Source of the DNA: Longimicrobiales bacterium
GTDB taxonomy: Bacteria; Gemmatimonadota; Gemmatimonadetes; Longimicrobiales; Gaopeijiaceae
NCBI GenBank assembly: GCA_965198065.1
Contig: CBDAON010000003.1
Coordinates: 1 to 64,000, forward strand
Direction of reading: 5' to 3'
Length of the DNA stretch: 64,000 bases
The notes under the pieces were generated by a model that was not told the DNA's origin, did not search any database, and was given only the letters and a program-made list of their open reading frames with translations. Both the position numbers and the translations under genes were made by a program. This document shows positions 45,644-55,321 of the stretch, piece after piece. Each line of letters begins with the position of its first letter. Position 1 is the stretch's first letter.

Positions 45644-45792
45644 GGTGTCCATCCCGCGACCTAGCGCAGCGGCGAGGCAGGCTGCGAGAACGAGCTTCGG
45701 GAGGGGAGTAACCGACACCCCTAACCGACACCCCTCTAGAGGCAGGTCGTGCGGGAAGCCCGAGAGGCCATGTGCGAGAAGGGTTTTGAGAG

Positions 45793-45837
45793 TGGGCCTT
45801 GGAAGACTCGAACTTCCGACCTCACGCTTATCAGGCG
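45793..45837 (-). tRNA. tRNA-Ile(GAT) 3' half only (att-site remnant)
   Basis: GCCTGATAAGCGTGAGGTCGGAAGTTCGAGTCTTCCAAGGCCCA; 5' half absent. Confidence 0.85.
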
Positions 45838-46061
45838 CATCCCGCGTCGGGGGAATCCGGCAAGAAATAGTCCAAGTTAAACTAGGACTGCACGATCTGC
45901 CGCACTTGCCGTTGGCCGATGGCTGATTGCAGCGTACCGAAATAGCGGGAAAACGGCATTTGAATGGCGGGAATCCCAGTCGTATCAGATCCCGTGTCCC
46001 TCAGACGCCGAATTGGCGAGGATGATAGTCAAGGTGTCTCCAGCAGAGCAGACCCCATTCC

Positions 46062-46493
46062 TCAACCCGAGACTTGCCCGAAGACCGGATGTGTACCCCA
46101 CTTTTCCGAAGAATCTTTCTGGCTCACACGGTCCACCAAGGCATGGAGTGCCGCGACGTCGTCACGCCATTCAGCTGAAGACGTCATCAACATCTCTGGG
46201 GGCGCGCCGATCCATGCTCTCGGCCACGGCAGCCAGTGGACCAAGACTCGTCGTAAGCATCTGAACCTGAGGAGTCCCGGTGTCACCTTCACTTCCCGAG
46301 TGCCGAATCTGAGCCGGAGCGGTCCTGCATGCACCTTGAGATCGCCGAGTGCGACCCGTAACTGATCGGCGGCGTGGCAGACCATCTCTCTCGCAGTCAT
46401 AGTACCCCATCGCCGGATGCTCTCTGGCGAAAATCGGGCGATTCGTGCGTGGATCGCCGCTCGCGCCGATTGTCCGAACAGGGTAGTGCTCAT
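46062..46493 (-). CDS. DUF1569/DinB-like protein (3' end probably frameshifted)
   Basis: RRWGTMTAREMVCH and HPVFG motifs. Confidence 0.7.
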   Translation of the reverse strand: MSTTLFGQSARAAIHARIARFSPESIRRWGTMTAREMVCHAADQLRVALGDLKVHAGPLRLRFGTREVKVTPGLLRFRCLRRVLVHWLPWPRAWIGAPPEMLMTSSAEWRDDVAALHALVDRVSQKDSSEKWGTHPVFGQVSG

Positions 46494-46839
46494 GAGCCTT
46501 CAGCGCCTCCAGTGAGCGCCAGGTGGTGTTTGTATTAAGTTGTGGCGTTGCTTCCGGGGTCGGTTAGGGGACTAACATAGGATGTGGTACCGCTCTTGGG
46601 GGCAGGTCACTTGACGATGACGGATACGATTCCGTACAAATTCATTATCGCTTCGTCGGGCGTTGATTCTTACTTGTTCTTTTTCCTCCGTTAGGTTCGT
46701 CTCTCCATCGATCACATATCTCCATTGCTCAAAGGTCTATCACCAGAAAGGCCTGTGCCTGCCGAACTGGCCAAGTGTGGCCTGAATCGCCGGGGATCCG
46801 TTCGCCGCGCGCACCCACTTTTGTGGATCCGTCCTCCGG

Positions 46840-47418
46840 CTAGGTCTGCGAAGGCGACCGAAGCCACTGCTGTCCGGGCAGGTGCAGGGGCTCCGACAGG
46901 CGGTCGAGAAGCGCTGCTGGATCCGCGTCCGTCATGACGATGGCGCGATTGTCGTGCCGGATGAAGCCTTCGTCGACGGCGCGATCGAACAGCGCAAGGA
47001 GCGGATCGTAAAAGCCGCCGACATTGAGGAGGTCGCAGCGCTTGTGATGAAGGCCGAGCTGCGTCCAGGTGACCGCCTCGCAGAACCCTTCGAATGTGCC
47101 GAATCCGCCCGGCAGAGCGATGAATGTGTCCGCCAGCTCCGCCATTACGGCCTTGCGTTCATGCATGGAGCTCACGACTCGCAGGTCTGGAAGGCCGCGA
47201 TGGGCAAGTTCGCGTGCGACGAAGGCGTCGGGAATGACCCCGATGGCATGCCCGCCGGCGGCCAGTACCGCATCGGCCAGAATGCCTATCAGCCCCACGC
47301 TGCCGCCGCCGAATACGAGGCCGATACGGCGTGCGGCCAGCTCGCGAGCGACGCTAAGCTCGAACTGACCGAACACTGCTGTGTTCTGGGACGTTTCCTC
47401 AGACACCTGATGCCACAC
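46840..47418 (-). pseudogene. LOG family (TIGR00730) protein with aberrant N-terminus
   Basis: VFGGGSVGL, MHERKA.M and ALPGGFGTF motifs; the usual N-terminal VFCGS strand is missing. Confidence 0.8.
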
Positions 47419-47491
47419 TATTTATGGTGTCACTAGCCGGTCGTTCCCCTCGTTACATCCCTCGTTCTGAAACAGATTCCAGAGAACCTCA

Positions 47492-48057
47492 CACGCCGAC
47501 CGCGGACTGATCCGGACCGATTCGCGTCGCGCCGACCGCCTCCCGGGTGCATCTGCCACACCGACCGTGGATCCCAGGGTGCTCGATTGCTTCAGCCGCT
47601 ACGCCTGGGGCCGGCTCTACACAAGCAAGCTCCCGCTCACGGCCGTGCAGGTGATGCACAACGACGTGCTGCCCTTCTTCGACGAGCACCGGGTCCGGGT
47701 GAAGACCGTACTCAGTGACAACGGCCGCGAGTTCTGTGGCCGTCCGGACCGTCACCCCTACGAGCTGTTCCTTCAGCTCGAGGACATCGAGCACTTGAGG
47801 GTGAAGGGCCGCACCACCTGGTACGAGACCCTCGAGGAGATGCAGACCGACCTGGAGGCATACCTCGAAACCTACAACCGCAAGCGTCCGCACCGCGGCC
47901 GAGCCATGGAGGGGTCGTACGCCGTATCAGGTCTTCAAGGCCGGTCTGCCGGCCGCCGGAAAGGCCGCAAAGGCCAGGAAGGAGGAGCCGAAGACGAAGG
48001 CAGCCTAGACACAGCTCCGGCGAGGGCCAACTGTCAGGTCATTACCATCTCTGTACA
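47492..48057 (+). mobile_element. IS481-family remnant (internally deleted transposase 3' part plus right end)
   Basis: LSDNGREFCGRPDRHPYELFLQLEDIEH and YNRKRPH motifs; terminal TGTCAGGTCATTACCATCTCTGTACA. Confidence 0.8.
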
Positions 48058-48155
48058 CACAATCGTTGGAAACTTACCTGTATTCGGATCTCAGATCGTT
48101 CCTGCTTGTTTATGAATTTGACCTTTGATGTTACAGTCAGGACGATTCGTCCCGC

Positions 48156-48617
48156 TCACTTCCTTGAGGATTCCCGGAATTCTTCTTCACCCCAGTCGGC
48201 TTCTGCGAGTACCCTTATCCGGTTCCACTCGTACCGATATACCTCGGACTTTTCGCTACCCTTTCCCTCTCCCTCTAGCCATACCTTGTACTCGGGAAAT
48301 CTCCCTTCGTAACACCTTCGGCCTTCCTCCTCCTCTTTACCTCTCGTGAGCCGTACTCGACCCCACATTTGTATTCCATCTTTCCAATCGTCCCATTCCT
48401 GCCGCGAGTCGTACACTGCCATTGCAGCTTCTCTCTCTCCTCTTAGCAGGTCACCATGTCCACTTCCCCTCACTGAGATAAAATACACGTTTAACCCCTC
48501 GTCGGCCGCGATATATGCCGTAAACACATGAGGTGTTCCGTCTTTATGGGTAAGCCCAATCGTCGCTAATTTTACTCTTCCTAGAATTTCCTCGGCTTTC
48601 TTCTCTATTTCTGTCAT
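48156..48617 (-). CDS. Pyridoxamine 5'-phosphate oxidase-like FMN-binding protein (AT-richer segment)
   Basis: LATIG...DGTPH...YFIS...H and GIQMWG split-barrel pattern. Confidence 0.7.
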   Translation of the reverse strand: MTEIEKKAEEILGRVKLATIGLTHKDGTPHVFTAYIAADEGLNVYFISVRGSGHGDLLRGEREAAMAVYDSRQEWDDWKDGIQMWGRVRLTRGKEEEEGRRCYEGRFPEYKVWLEGEGKGSEKSEVYRYEWNRIRVLAEADWGEEEFRESSRK

Positions 48618-49501
48618 ACTGTCATTCCCCCGTCCACCGGCAGCGAGATTCCGTTAATTCCGCTGCTTTCTTCTGCCGCCAAGAAAGCTGCCGCCCATGC
48701 TACTTCTTCGGCCCTGATCAACCGCTTGATCGGCAAGTCTTCGATCACTTCTGTCAGGTACTGCTCCAATCCCTCCGTGCCAGCTTGCTCTGCTTCCCGC
48801 GTATCGAGCACCTGAAATAACTGTGCCAGCCACGGTCCAAGATCGGCGCCGTCCTTGCCGGTGCGTGTCTCGAGAAAATCGAAGAAGATGTCGCGCGGCT
48901 CGAAGATGCCCGTGTCGTCGGCGAACAGGCAGAACACGATCCGCACCAGGAACCGTTCCAGGTCGTGGCCTCGGTAGCCCGCGGTGCCGAGCGCATCGTG
49001 AAGGCGCCCGACGAGCTCAGCAGCCTTGATGTTGACGGGGTCTTGGTCACGGAAGCTCCGGCGCTGCACTCCCAGGATGAAGCCGAACGCCTCGACATGG
49101 CTGGGCAGGTCAGCGAGAGCGAAGGCAACCGTCTCCCGCTCATCAAGATCGTGGAGCTCGAACGTCTGGAAGTCGCTCACCAAGATGTAGCGGGGGCGAT
49201 CGGCCTCAGCGAGCGCATCAAAATACTCTCCGGCCTGTCCGTAAGCTTTATCAAGATCGCGCCCGGCGCTCTTCTGTTCGACGATCAGGACGCCCGGCCA
49301 GAACAGGTCGATGAAGCCGGAGCTATTGTCCAGCTTGGCGACATGCTCCTCGTACCGCGCGACGTTTCGCCGCCGGACGTCGAATACCTCGAAGAAATCG
49401 TTGTAGAAGCTCTGCGTCTCACCTTTCTCGTATGCCGCATCTCGCCACTCATCGGCGAAGGATGCGGCGCGCACACGCACTTCGTTCCAGGACAGACGCA
49501 T
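48614..49501 (-). pseudogene. MmeI-like type IIL RM N-terminus fused to an SDR oxidoreductase C-terminal tail
   Basis: EKGETQSF, IDLFWPG..IVEQKS and RIVFCLFADDTGIF, then LPIKRLIRAEEVA...LPVDGG. Confidence 0.8.
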
Positions 49502-49593
49502 CAGCCACGCCGCCTCTTGCACCCATCATGGGTCGTGGCCCGACCTTGGGCGGACCAACGGTGAGCGTCGGCATGGCCTCCTGGGCTGCGGTA

Positions 49594-49914
49594 CTAGCGG
49601 GATATTGGATCACGGGACCTCATATCATCCAGCCATCCGCTTTCCCGCCGCGCTTGCGCGAGCTCATAGCTCGCCTGCATCCGCATCCAGTGATCGGCGG
49701 CACCCCAGCCAATAGCCTCTAAAGCCAGCGCCATGTTCGCGGACACCCCTGCCTTACCGTTCAGTAGACGCGATAGCGTCCCCCGCTCGCACCCCAGACG
49801 CACGGCCGTCTCGGTCACATTCCATCCGACCTCTTCCATGCTCTCACGGATCAGTTCGCCCAGGTGCGGGGGGTTCAGCATCGGACCTACACGCTCGCTG
49901 TCGGTGTCGTTCAT
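49594..49914 (-). CDS. higA: HigA family antitoxin
   Basis: PPHLGELIRE...LSRLLNGKAGVS..MAL...WMRMQASYEL. Confidence 0.9.
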   Translation of the reverse strand: MNDTDSERVGPMLNPPHLGELIRESMEEVGWNVTETAVRLGCERGTLSRLLNGKAGVSANMALALEAIGWGAADHWMRMQASYELAQARRESGWLDDMRSRDPISR

Positions 49915-49933
49915 GCTCTGTCCTCCTTTCCGG

Positions 49934-50206
49934 TCAGTGATAGTCGACCAAGTCCACATCCACGGCTTCGCCGTCCTCGAAGCGGAACACCACGCGCCAG
50001 TTGCCCGATACGCGCACACTCCATTGGCCCGCTCGGCTACCCTTCAACGGATGCAGCCGAAAGCCAGGCGCGTCAGCGCTACCGGGATGCGTCGCTTCCT
50101 GCAGCCGGAATAGAATGCGTCGAAGTCGTGGCACCAGATCCGCCGGCAGCCGAGCCCGCTTGTCCTGCTCGTGCAGCGCCCGCAGTCCCTTGTGCCTGAT
50201 CTTCAT
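49934..50206 (-). CDS. higB: HigB (RelE/ParE family) toxin
   Basis: IRHKGL...RLHPLKG...WSVRVSGNWRVVFRF...VDLVDYH. Confidence 0.92.
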   Translation of the reverse strand: MKIRHKGLRALHEQDKRARLPADLVPRLRRILFRLQEATHPGSADAPGFRLHPLKGSRAGQWSVRVSGNWRVVFRFEDGEAVDVDLVDYH

Positions 50207-50319
50207 AGATCTACTGTAGCGCGTCGCGTTACGCGCCGCCAGCGTTCCCCAAGTTTTTCGAAAGCCTGAATTGCCGAAGGCTTTGCGGCGCGATCTGGTC
50301 GGCTCCCGGTTCCTCCCCG

Positions 50320-50480
50320 GTCCTGAGCCAGTCCAATGTAGTCGGCCCATGCCTGCGTCATTTGTCGCCCCTCGGGCAGAAACGCGGTTCGGTTGTAGGC
50401 CCTTCCGCGTTGGGATCCCTCACCGCGTGGGTCAGCTGGTGCTCGATGAAATCCGGCCCGGTTGCGGTGCGGATAGCCCG
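50320..50480 (-). pseudogene. P4-like integrase C-terminal fragment
   Basis: IEHQLTHAVRDPN / RAYNRTAFLPE.RQMTQAWADY. Confidence 0.7.
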
Positions 50481-50639
50481 CGTTCGGGAAGACGTAGCGG
50501 CCATGCCCAGGCAGAGGGCGAACTCGAGAGATGGTCGTTCGGCTACCTGTCCACACACGTCTCACGCAGTCGCATGGATTCCCGGTCGTGAAGAGGGGTA
50601 TAATGAGGGGATCAAGGCGACGATCTGGCCGGGGCGGTC

Positions 50640-51182
50640 GAGCATCCGGATCTCTGCGACGCGGCACTCTCCTACCTGCTCGAGCGGATGCGCTTGGAGG
50701 TGGAGGACCCGTCCGAGGCGGCGCGGCTGAAGCTGATGGTCGTGGACGAAGCCTGGCGCTACCTGCAGGACCCCGCCGTGCTGAATTACTTGGCCGAGGC
50801 GGCGAAGACGTGGCGGAAGAAGAACGCCGCGCTGGTCCTGGCCACGCAGTCCGCGGTGGACGTCACGGCCACGCCCGGCGCTGTGGCGCTCCTCGAGTCG
50901 ATCCCGACCAAGCTCTTCCTCGCGAACCCCGAGCTCCCCGACGAGATCGGGGCGCTGTTCCGGCTGAACGAGTCTGAGCTGGCCCAGGTCCGGGGCCTGA
51001 TCCCGAAGCGCGAGCTCTACCTCCGCCGCCCGGACGGGGCGGCGGTGCTCCGGCTCGAGGTCGATCCGGAGAGCTACTGGCTCTACACCTCCTCGGCGCT
51101 CGATGCCGAGGAGCGCGCCCGGGCCATCGTGGTTCTCGCGAGCCGAGACGATCCCACCCCCACCCCCAACGCAAGGAGCTGA
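50640..51182 (+). pseudogene. VirB4/TrbE ATPase C-terminal fragment
   Basis: Walker B VVDEAW, KTWRKKNA, ATQS and PTKLFLANP motifs. Confidence 0.8.
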
Positions 51183-51188
51183 TACGCC

Positions 51189-51902
51189 ATGCGACCACCA
51201 ATAACACCCCTCGTTCTAATCGCGCTTCTCCTGGCTGCCCTCCCTGTTGCGGCCACCGCGCAGCAGGAGAACGACGACGCGTTCCTGCGGGTGACGGTCC
51301 CCGAGGAGGGCGAGGACCGGATCCACCGGCTGCGCACCCGGGTCCGCCACACGACGGTCATCGTGCTGCCGCCCGGCGAGAACATCCTGGACTTCGTGGC
51401 CGGCGACTCGGAGTACTGGCATCTGACGGGCGCGGCGAATGTCGCGTTCCTGAAGCCCCTCGCTTCGGACGCGGCGACCGACGACGCCCGTGCTGTGTTC
51501 GTCTACGCCGAGCCCGGCCACGAGACCGCCACCGCGCTCCGCTCGTGGGGCGATGCGCACCGGCGGCTCTGGGATGCGCTCAGGGAGCGGGGCCGATCCG
51601 TCGAGGTCGTGGCCGTCGTCCGCACCCCCAGGGAACTCGGACGGGCACGGACGATCCTCGGGAACTGGGCCGAGGCGCCCGCCGCCTCTGGCGCCGTCGA
51701 TCCGGCCCGCCGCGAGATCGCCCGGATCGAGCAGGCGATCCGCGGCATGGACGACGCGGTGATCGACAAGCATGGCGGGCTGCAGGGCTGCCTCGAGCGG
51801 ATCGTCGAGCTGGAGGACCGGCTCCGTTCCGCGCGCCCCGGAACGACGATCGACGGGTTCGCGGCATGGCGTTCGAGCCGGCTTCCCGGAGGCACATCTT
51901 GA
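51189..51902 (+). pseudogene. VirB9/TrbG N-terminal fragment fused to an unrelated C-terminal fragment
   Basis: Signal peptide and TTVIVLPPGE.I...AGDSEYW...FLKP, then an abrupt switch near 51480. Confidence 0.6.
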
Positions 51903-51963
51903 CCGCCGGTCGCCAGGGGCCGACGCCGATCCGGAGCTTGCGGCCGTGGACGGGAGCGACCCC

Positions 51964-53322
51964 CATAAGCGCTAACTTGTTTGCATTGCCATGGTGTTGT
52001 ATAGTGAGGGCATGAGCAGAACCGTGACAGAGGCGCCGACAAGTGAGGACTGGGACCTGCTAGTATCGTTCTTCCCGAGCAACTGGCAGGAGCTGGCAGC
52101 GGAGACGGGAGCGCTGCGAGGGTTGCGCAAGGACAAGTCGCCGGAGAAGCTGCTGCGGACGCTGCTGATCCATCTCGGATGCGGGCATTCGCTGAGAGAA
52201 ACGGTCGTGCGGGCTCGGCAGGCGAGCTTGGCGGATCTGTCGGACGTGGCGCTGCTGAAGCGGCTCCGGAAATCGCGGGACTGGCTGTATGCGTTGTGCG
52301 TGGAACTGTTCCGGGAGCACGGCATCGCGGTCTCGTCGGACGGGGGCTTCCAAGTGCGGGTCTTGGACGCCACGACCGTGCAGGAGCCGGGCCGGACCGG
52401 ATCGTTGTGGAGGCTGCATTACAGCGTCAACCTGCCTTCGTTGGGCTGCGACTTCTTCAAGCTGACCGGGACGGAAGGGTCCGGGGCGGGCGAGTCGTTC
52501 AAACAGTTTCCGATCCGTCCGGGTGACTACGTGCTGGCCGACCGGGCCTACTCGAACGCGGCCGGGATCCAGCATGTGGCGATGGCCGGCGGTCACGTAA
52601 CGGTGCGGGTGAACACCGGGACGCTGCCGCTGGAGACCGCGGACGGTCAGCCGTTCGAGTTGCTGACAGCCGTGGAATCCCTCGAGCGGCCTGGACCGGT
52701 CGGCGCATGGGCGGTGCGCACGGCGGCCAAGGCCGGCCCCCCGGTCGCAGGCCGAATCTGCGCCGTGCGCAAGACCGACGAAGCGATCGCGGCCGCGCAC
52801 GCCAAGATCCGCAAGACAGCCCAGCGCAAGCAAAGCCAGGTCCGGCCGCAAACCCTGCATTTTGCCCGCTACGTCATCGTCTTCACGACCTACCCCCCGG
52901 AGGAGTTCTCGCCAGCCGACGTTCTGGAATGGTACCGCCTACGCTGGCAGGTCGAGCTGGTCTTCAAGCGCTTCAAGTCCCTGGCCCGCCTCGGACATCT
53001 GCCGAAGTATGATGACGAAAGCGCGCAGGCCTGGCTGTACGGCAAACTGCTCGTGGCACTGCTGGTCGAGAAAGTCGTGCGCCACGCCGTGGCTATTTCC
53101 CCCTGGGGATACGACGTCGCGACAACGTCAGCCCCGCAGCCCTTGGCGTGACTTCAAGTTCGCACTCCACCAAGTCGCACGGGCCATCGAACCGGAGTTC
53201 TCTCTCGAAAAGATGATCCGCGAGTGGAGCAAGATCTCGGCTTCCCTGGCCGAACCTCCAAGGCAGAGACTCAACCAGGTGGACCGCCACTTCCCGATAA
53301 ACTACACAAGTTAGCGCTTATG
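51964..53322 (+). mobile_element. IS4-family insertion sequence with intact ends
   Basis: IRs CATAAGCGCTAACTTGT / ACAAGTTAGCGCTTATG; 11-bp TSD GGAGCGACCCC at 51953-51963 and 53323-53333. Confidence 0.9.
52012..53151 (+). CDS. IS4-family DDE transposase
   Basis: LDAT, ADRAY and YRLRWQVELVFKRFKS (YREK) motifs. Confidence 0.92.
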   Translation: MSRTVTEAPTSEDWDLLVSFFPSNWQELAAETGALRGLRKDKSPEKLLRTLLIHLGCGHSLRETVVRARQASLADLSDVALLKRLRKSRDWLYALCVELFREHGIAVSSDGGFQVRVLDATTVQEPGRTGSLWRLHYSVNLPSLGCDFFKLTGTEGSGAGESFKQFPIRPGDYVLADRAYSNAAGIQHVAMAGGHVTVRVNTGTLPLETADGQPFELLTAVESLERPGPVGAWAVRTAAKAGPPVAGRICAVRKTDEAIAAAHAKIRKTAQRKQSQVRPQTLHFARYVIVFTTYPPEEFSPADVLEWYRLRWQVELVFKRFKSLARLGHLPKYDDESAQAWLYGKLLVALLVEKVVRHAVAISPWGYDVATTSAPQPLA

Positions 53323-53609
53323 GGAGCGACCCCCCGTCTCGGCATGCCTCGATCGGCATCGGGGAGGATCGGCATGGGCACGCCCATGCCACCCTCCCCG
53401 GCGGGGTCGCTCCCGAATCAGGTATCCGTGCCGGAAGGCCGTTCAGCGCCGCTGCGGGGCGGCGGATCGCCAGTTCGCCAGCTGTCCAGCCGGTGTGTCC
53501 GCGCTACCGCAGAGGACCGGGCGCGGACCCGCGGAGAACGCCAGACCGTGGGCTGCCGGGAACGTCGAGCCATGAGTCGGCGTTTCGGATCCCCGGAGAC
53601 GTTGGGATG

Positions 53610-53715
53610 AGGTAAAGCCCCGGTTCGAGAGTTCCGGGCTCGATCTCCTCCCCGGCCTTGAGCCGGTCCAGATAGTCGGCCCAAGCCTGCATCATGTGTC
53701 TACGCTCGGGCAGCG
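53610..53715 (-). pseudogene. P4-like integrase C-terminal fragment
   Basis: LPERRHMMQAWADYLDRLK. Confidence 0.65.
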
Positions 53716-53739
53716 GCGGGTCGCGCATCCGTCGAAACC

Positions 53740-54108
53740 TTGCCCGCGACTTGGCGGAGACAGGCCAAGGCGCTCCGCCGGTACGGGGGCGAGACTCCGG
53801 CCGTGGCGCTCGAGAGTTGCGCGGCCGAGCTCGAGACCACGCTCCGGGAGCGGGACGAAACCACCCTCTCCCTGACGGAGGCCGCCAGGGAGAGCGGCTA
53901 CTCCGCGGACCACCTCGGCCGTCTCGTCCGCGACGGTAAGATCCCTAACGTCGGAAGGCCCGGCGCGCCCAGGATCACCCGCAGGCACCTCCCCCGGAAG
54001 CGAATGGCCCAAGTGCCCGCCAATCCGCCGCTGGTCAAGAAGCCTTCCCCACGCCAGGTTTCAAACGCGCAGATCGTGCAGTCCATCATCGAGAGAGGAA
54101 TCGAATGA
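53740..54108 (+). CDS. HTH excisionase-like protein coupled to the integrase
   Basis: LSLTEAARESGYSADHLGRLVRDGKIPN; stop overlaps the integrase start. Confidence 0.7.
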   Translation: MPATWRRQAKALRRYGGETPAVALESCAAELETTLRERDETTLSLTEAARESGYSADHLGRLVRDGKIPNVGRPGAPRITRRHLPRKRMAQVPANPPLVKKPSPRQVSNAQIVQSIIERGIE

Positions 54109-55268
54109 TGGCACGCACGAAACGAAGCCGGCGCAGCTATGGCACCGGCGAATGGGGCCGGAACCGGGTACGGGTCTTCCCGGATCCCAAGACCGGCCTG
54201 TTCCAGATCGAGTGGCGCGAGCGTGGGCGCAGGCTGAGCCGGTCGCTCAAGCACCGCGACTGGGCTCGGGCGAAGAAGCAGGCGGACGAGCTTGCCGCAG
54301 GCTTCGCCGGGCCGGTGATGGAAGGCAAAGCGGAAGCCGAGCCCGAGCCGCTCACTCTGGAGACGCTTTTTGACATCTACGGTGAAGAGGTGACGCCCAC
54401 CAAGCGTGGGCAGTCGCGGCTGCACGACAGGGCCGCGACGGGGATGTTCCTCGGTTGCTTCGGCAGGGACCGGAAGCCCGCAACGCTCTCCCAGCGCGAC
54501 TGGGACCGGTTCATCCGAGAGCGTAGGGCGGGCAGGGTTGGCCCGAGCGGCAAGCTGGTATCCGACCGGATGATCGAACGGGACCTCAAGTTCCTGATCG
54601 CGGTCCTCAACTGGGCCGCAAAGTCCAGGGACGAGCAGGGCCGCCTGCTTTTGGAAGCGAATCCCCTGAGAGGACTGAAGACGCCCAAACAGAAGAACCC
54701 GGCCCGAATCGTCCTGGCCGAGGAGGAGTACCAGGCGCTTCTACGGGTGTCCCGGCAGGTCGACTGGCGGTTCCGCGTCGCGCTCGTCCTCGCCCACGAG
54801 ACGGGACACCGCATCGGCGCAATCCGCAAGCTCTGCTGGTCGGACATCGACATGGAGGGCAGAACCATCCGCTGGCGCGCCGAACACGAAAAGTCGGGCT
54901 ATGAGCACCGGACACCGGTGACCGCCGAGGCGCTTGCCGCCCTGGAGGAGGTGCGAAAGAGGAATCCCGGTATCGGGCACGCGCCCGTGCTGCCCTCGCC
55001 GCAGGATCGCTCGAAGTGCGTGGGCTCCTGTCAGGCGTACGGGTGGTGGCACAAGGCGGAGGGGCTCGCGGGGCTTGAACCCAAGCGTGGGAGAGGCTGG
55101 CACTCCCTGAGACGAAAGTTCGCCTCCGACCTCATGGACCAGCCGCTCAAGGTGCTCTGCGAACTCGGCGGCTGGAAGGAGGCCAAGACGGTGCTGCAGT
55201 GCTACCAGCGGGCCGACGAAGGGCAACTCCGGAAGGCCCTAGATCACCGCCGCAGAGTTCGCGCCTGA
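54105..55268 (+). CDS. Tyrosine recombinase/integrase, intact
   Basis: ETGHRIG (R), K, HSLRR (HxxR), GGW and Y catalytic pattern. Confidence 0.9.
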   Translation: MMARTKRSRRSYGTGEWGRNRVRVFPDPKTGLFQIEWRERGRRLSRSLKHRDWARAKKQADELAAGFAGPVMEGKAEAEPEPLTLETLFDIYGEEVTPTKRGQSRLHDRAATGMFLGCFGRDRKPATLSQRDWDRFIRERRAGRVGPSGKLVSDRMIERDLKFLIAVLNWAAKSRDEQGRLLLEANPLRGLKTPKQKNPARIVLAEEEYQALLRVSRQVDWRFRVALVLAHETGHRIGAIRKLCWSDIDMEGRTIRWRAEHEKSGYEHRTPVTAEALAALEEVRKRNPGIGHAPVLPSPQDRSKCVGSCQAYGWWHKAEGLAGLEPKRGRGWHSLRRKFASDLMDQPLKVLCELGGWKEAKTVLQCYQRADEGQLRKALDHRRRVRA

Positions 55269-55321
55269 GCCCAATCAGCGGGAATCAAACGGCGGGAATC
55301 CAGTCCGAAATGCCCGTAAGT

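Noticed and set aside
50640..51902. Functional type IV secretion system
   Set aside because: Only truncated VirB4 and VirB9 fragments are present.
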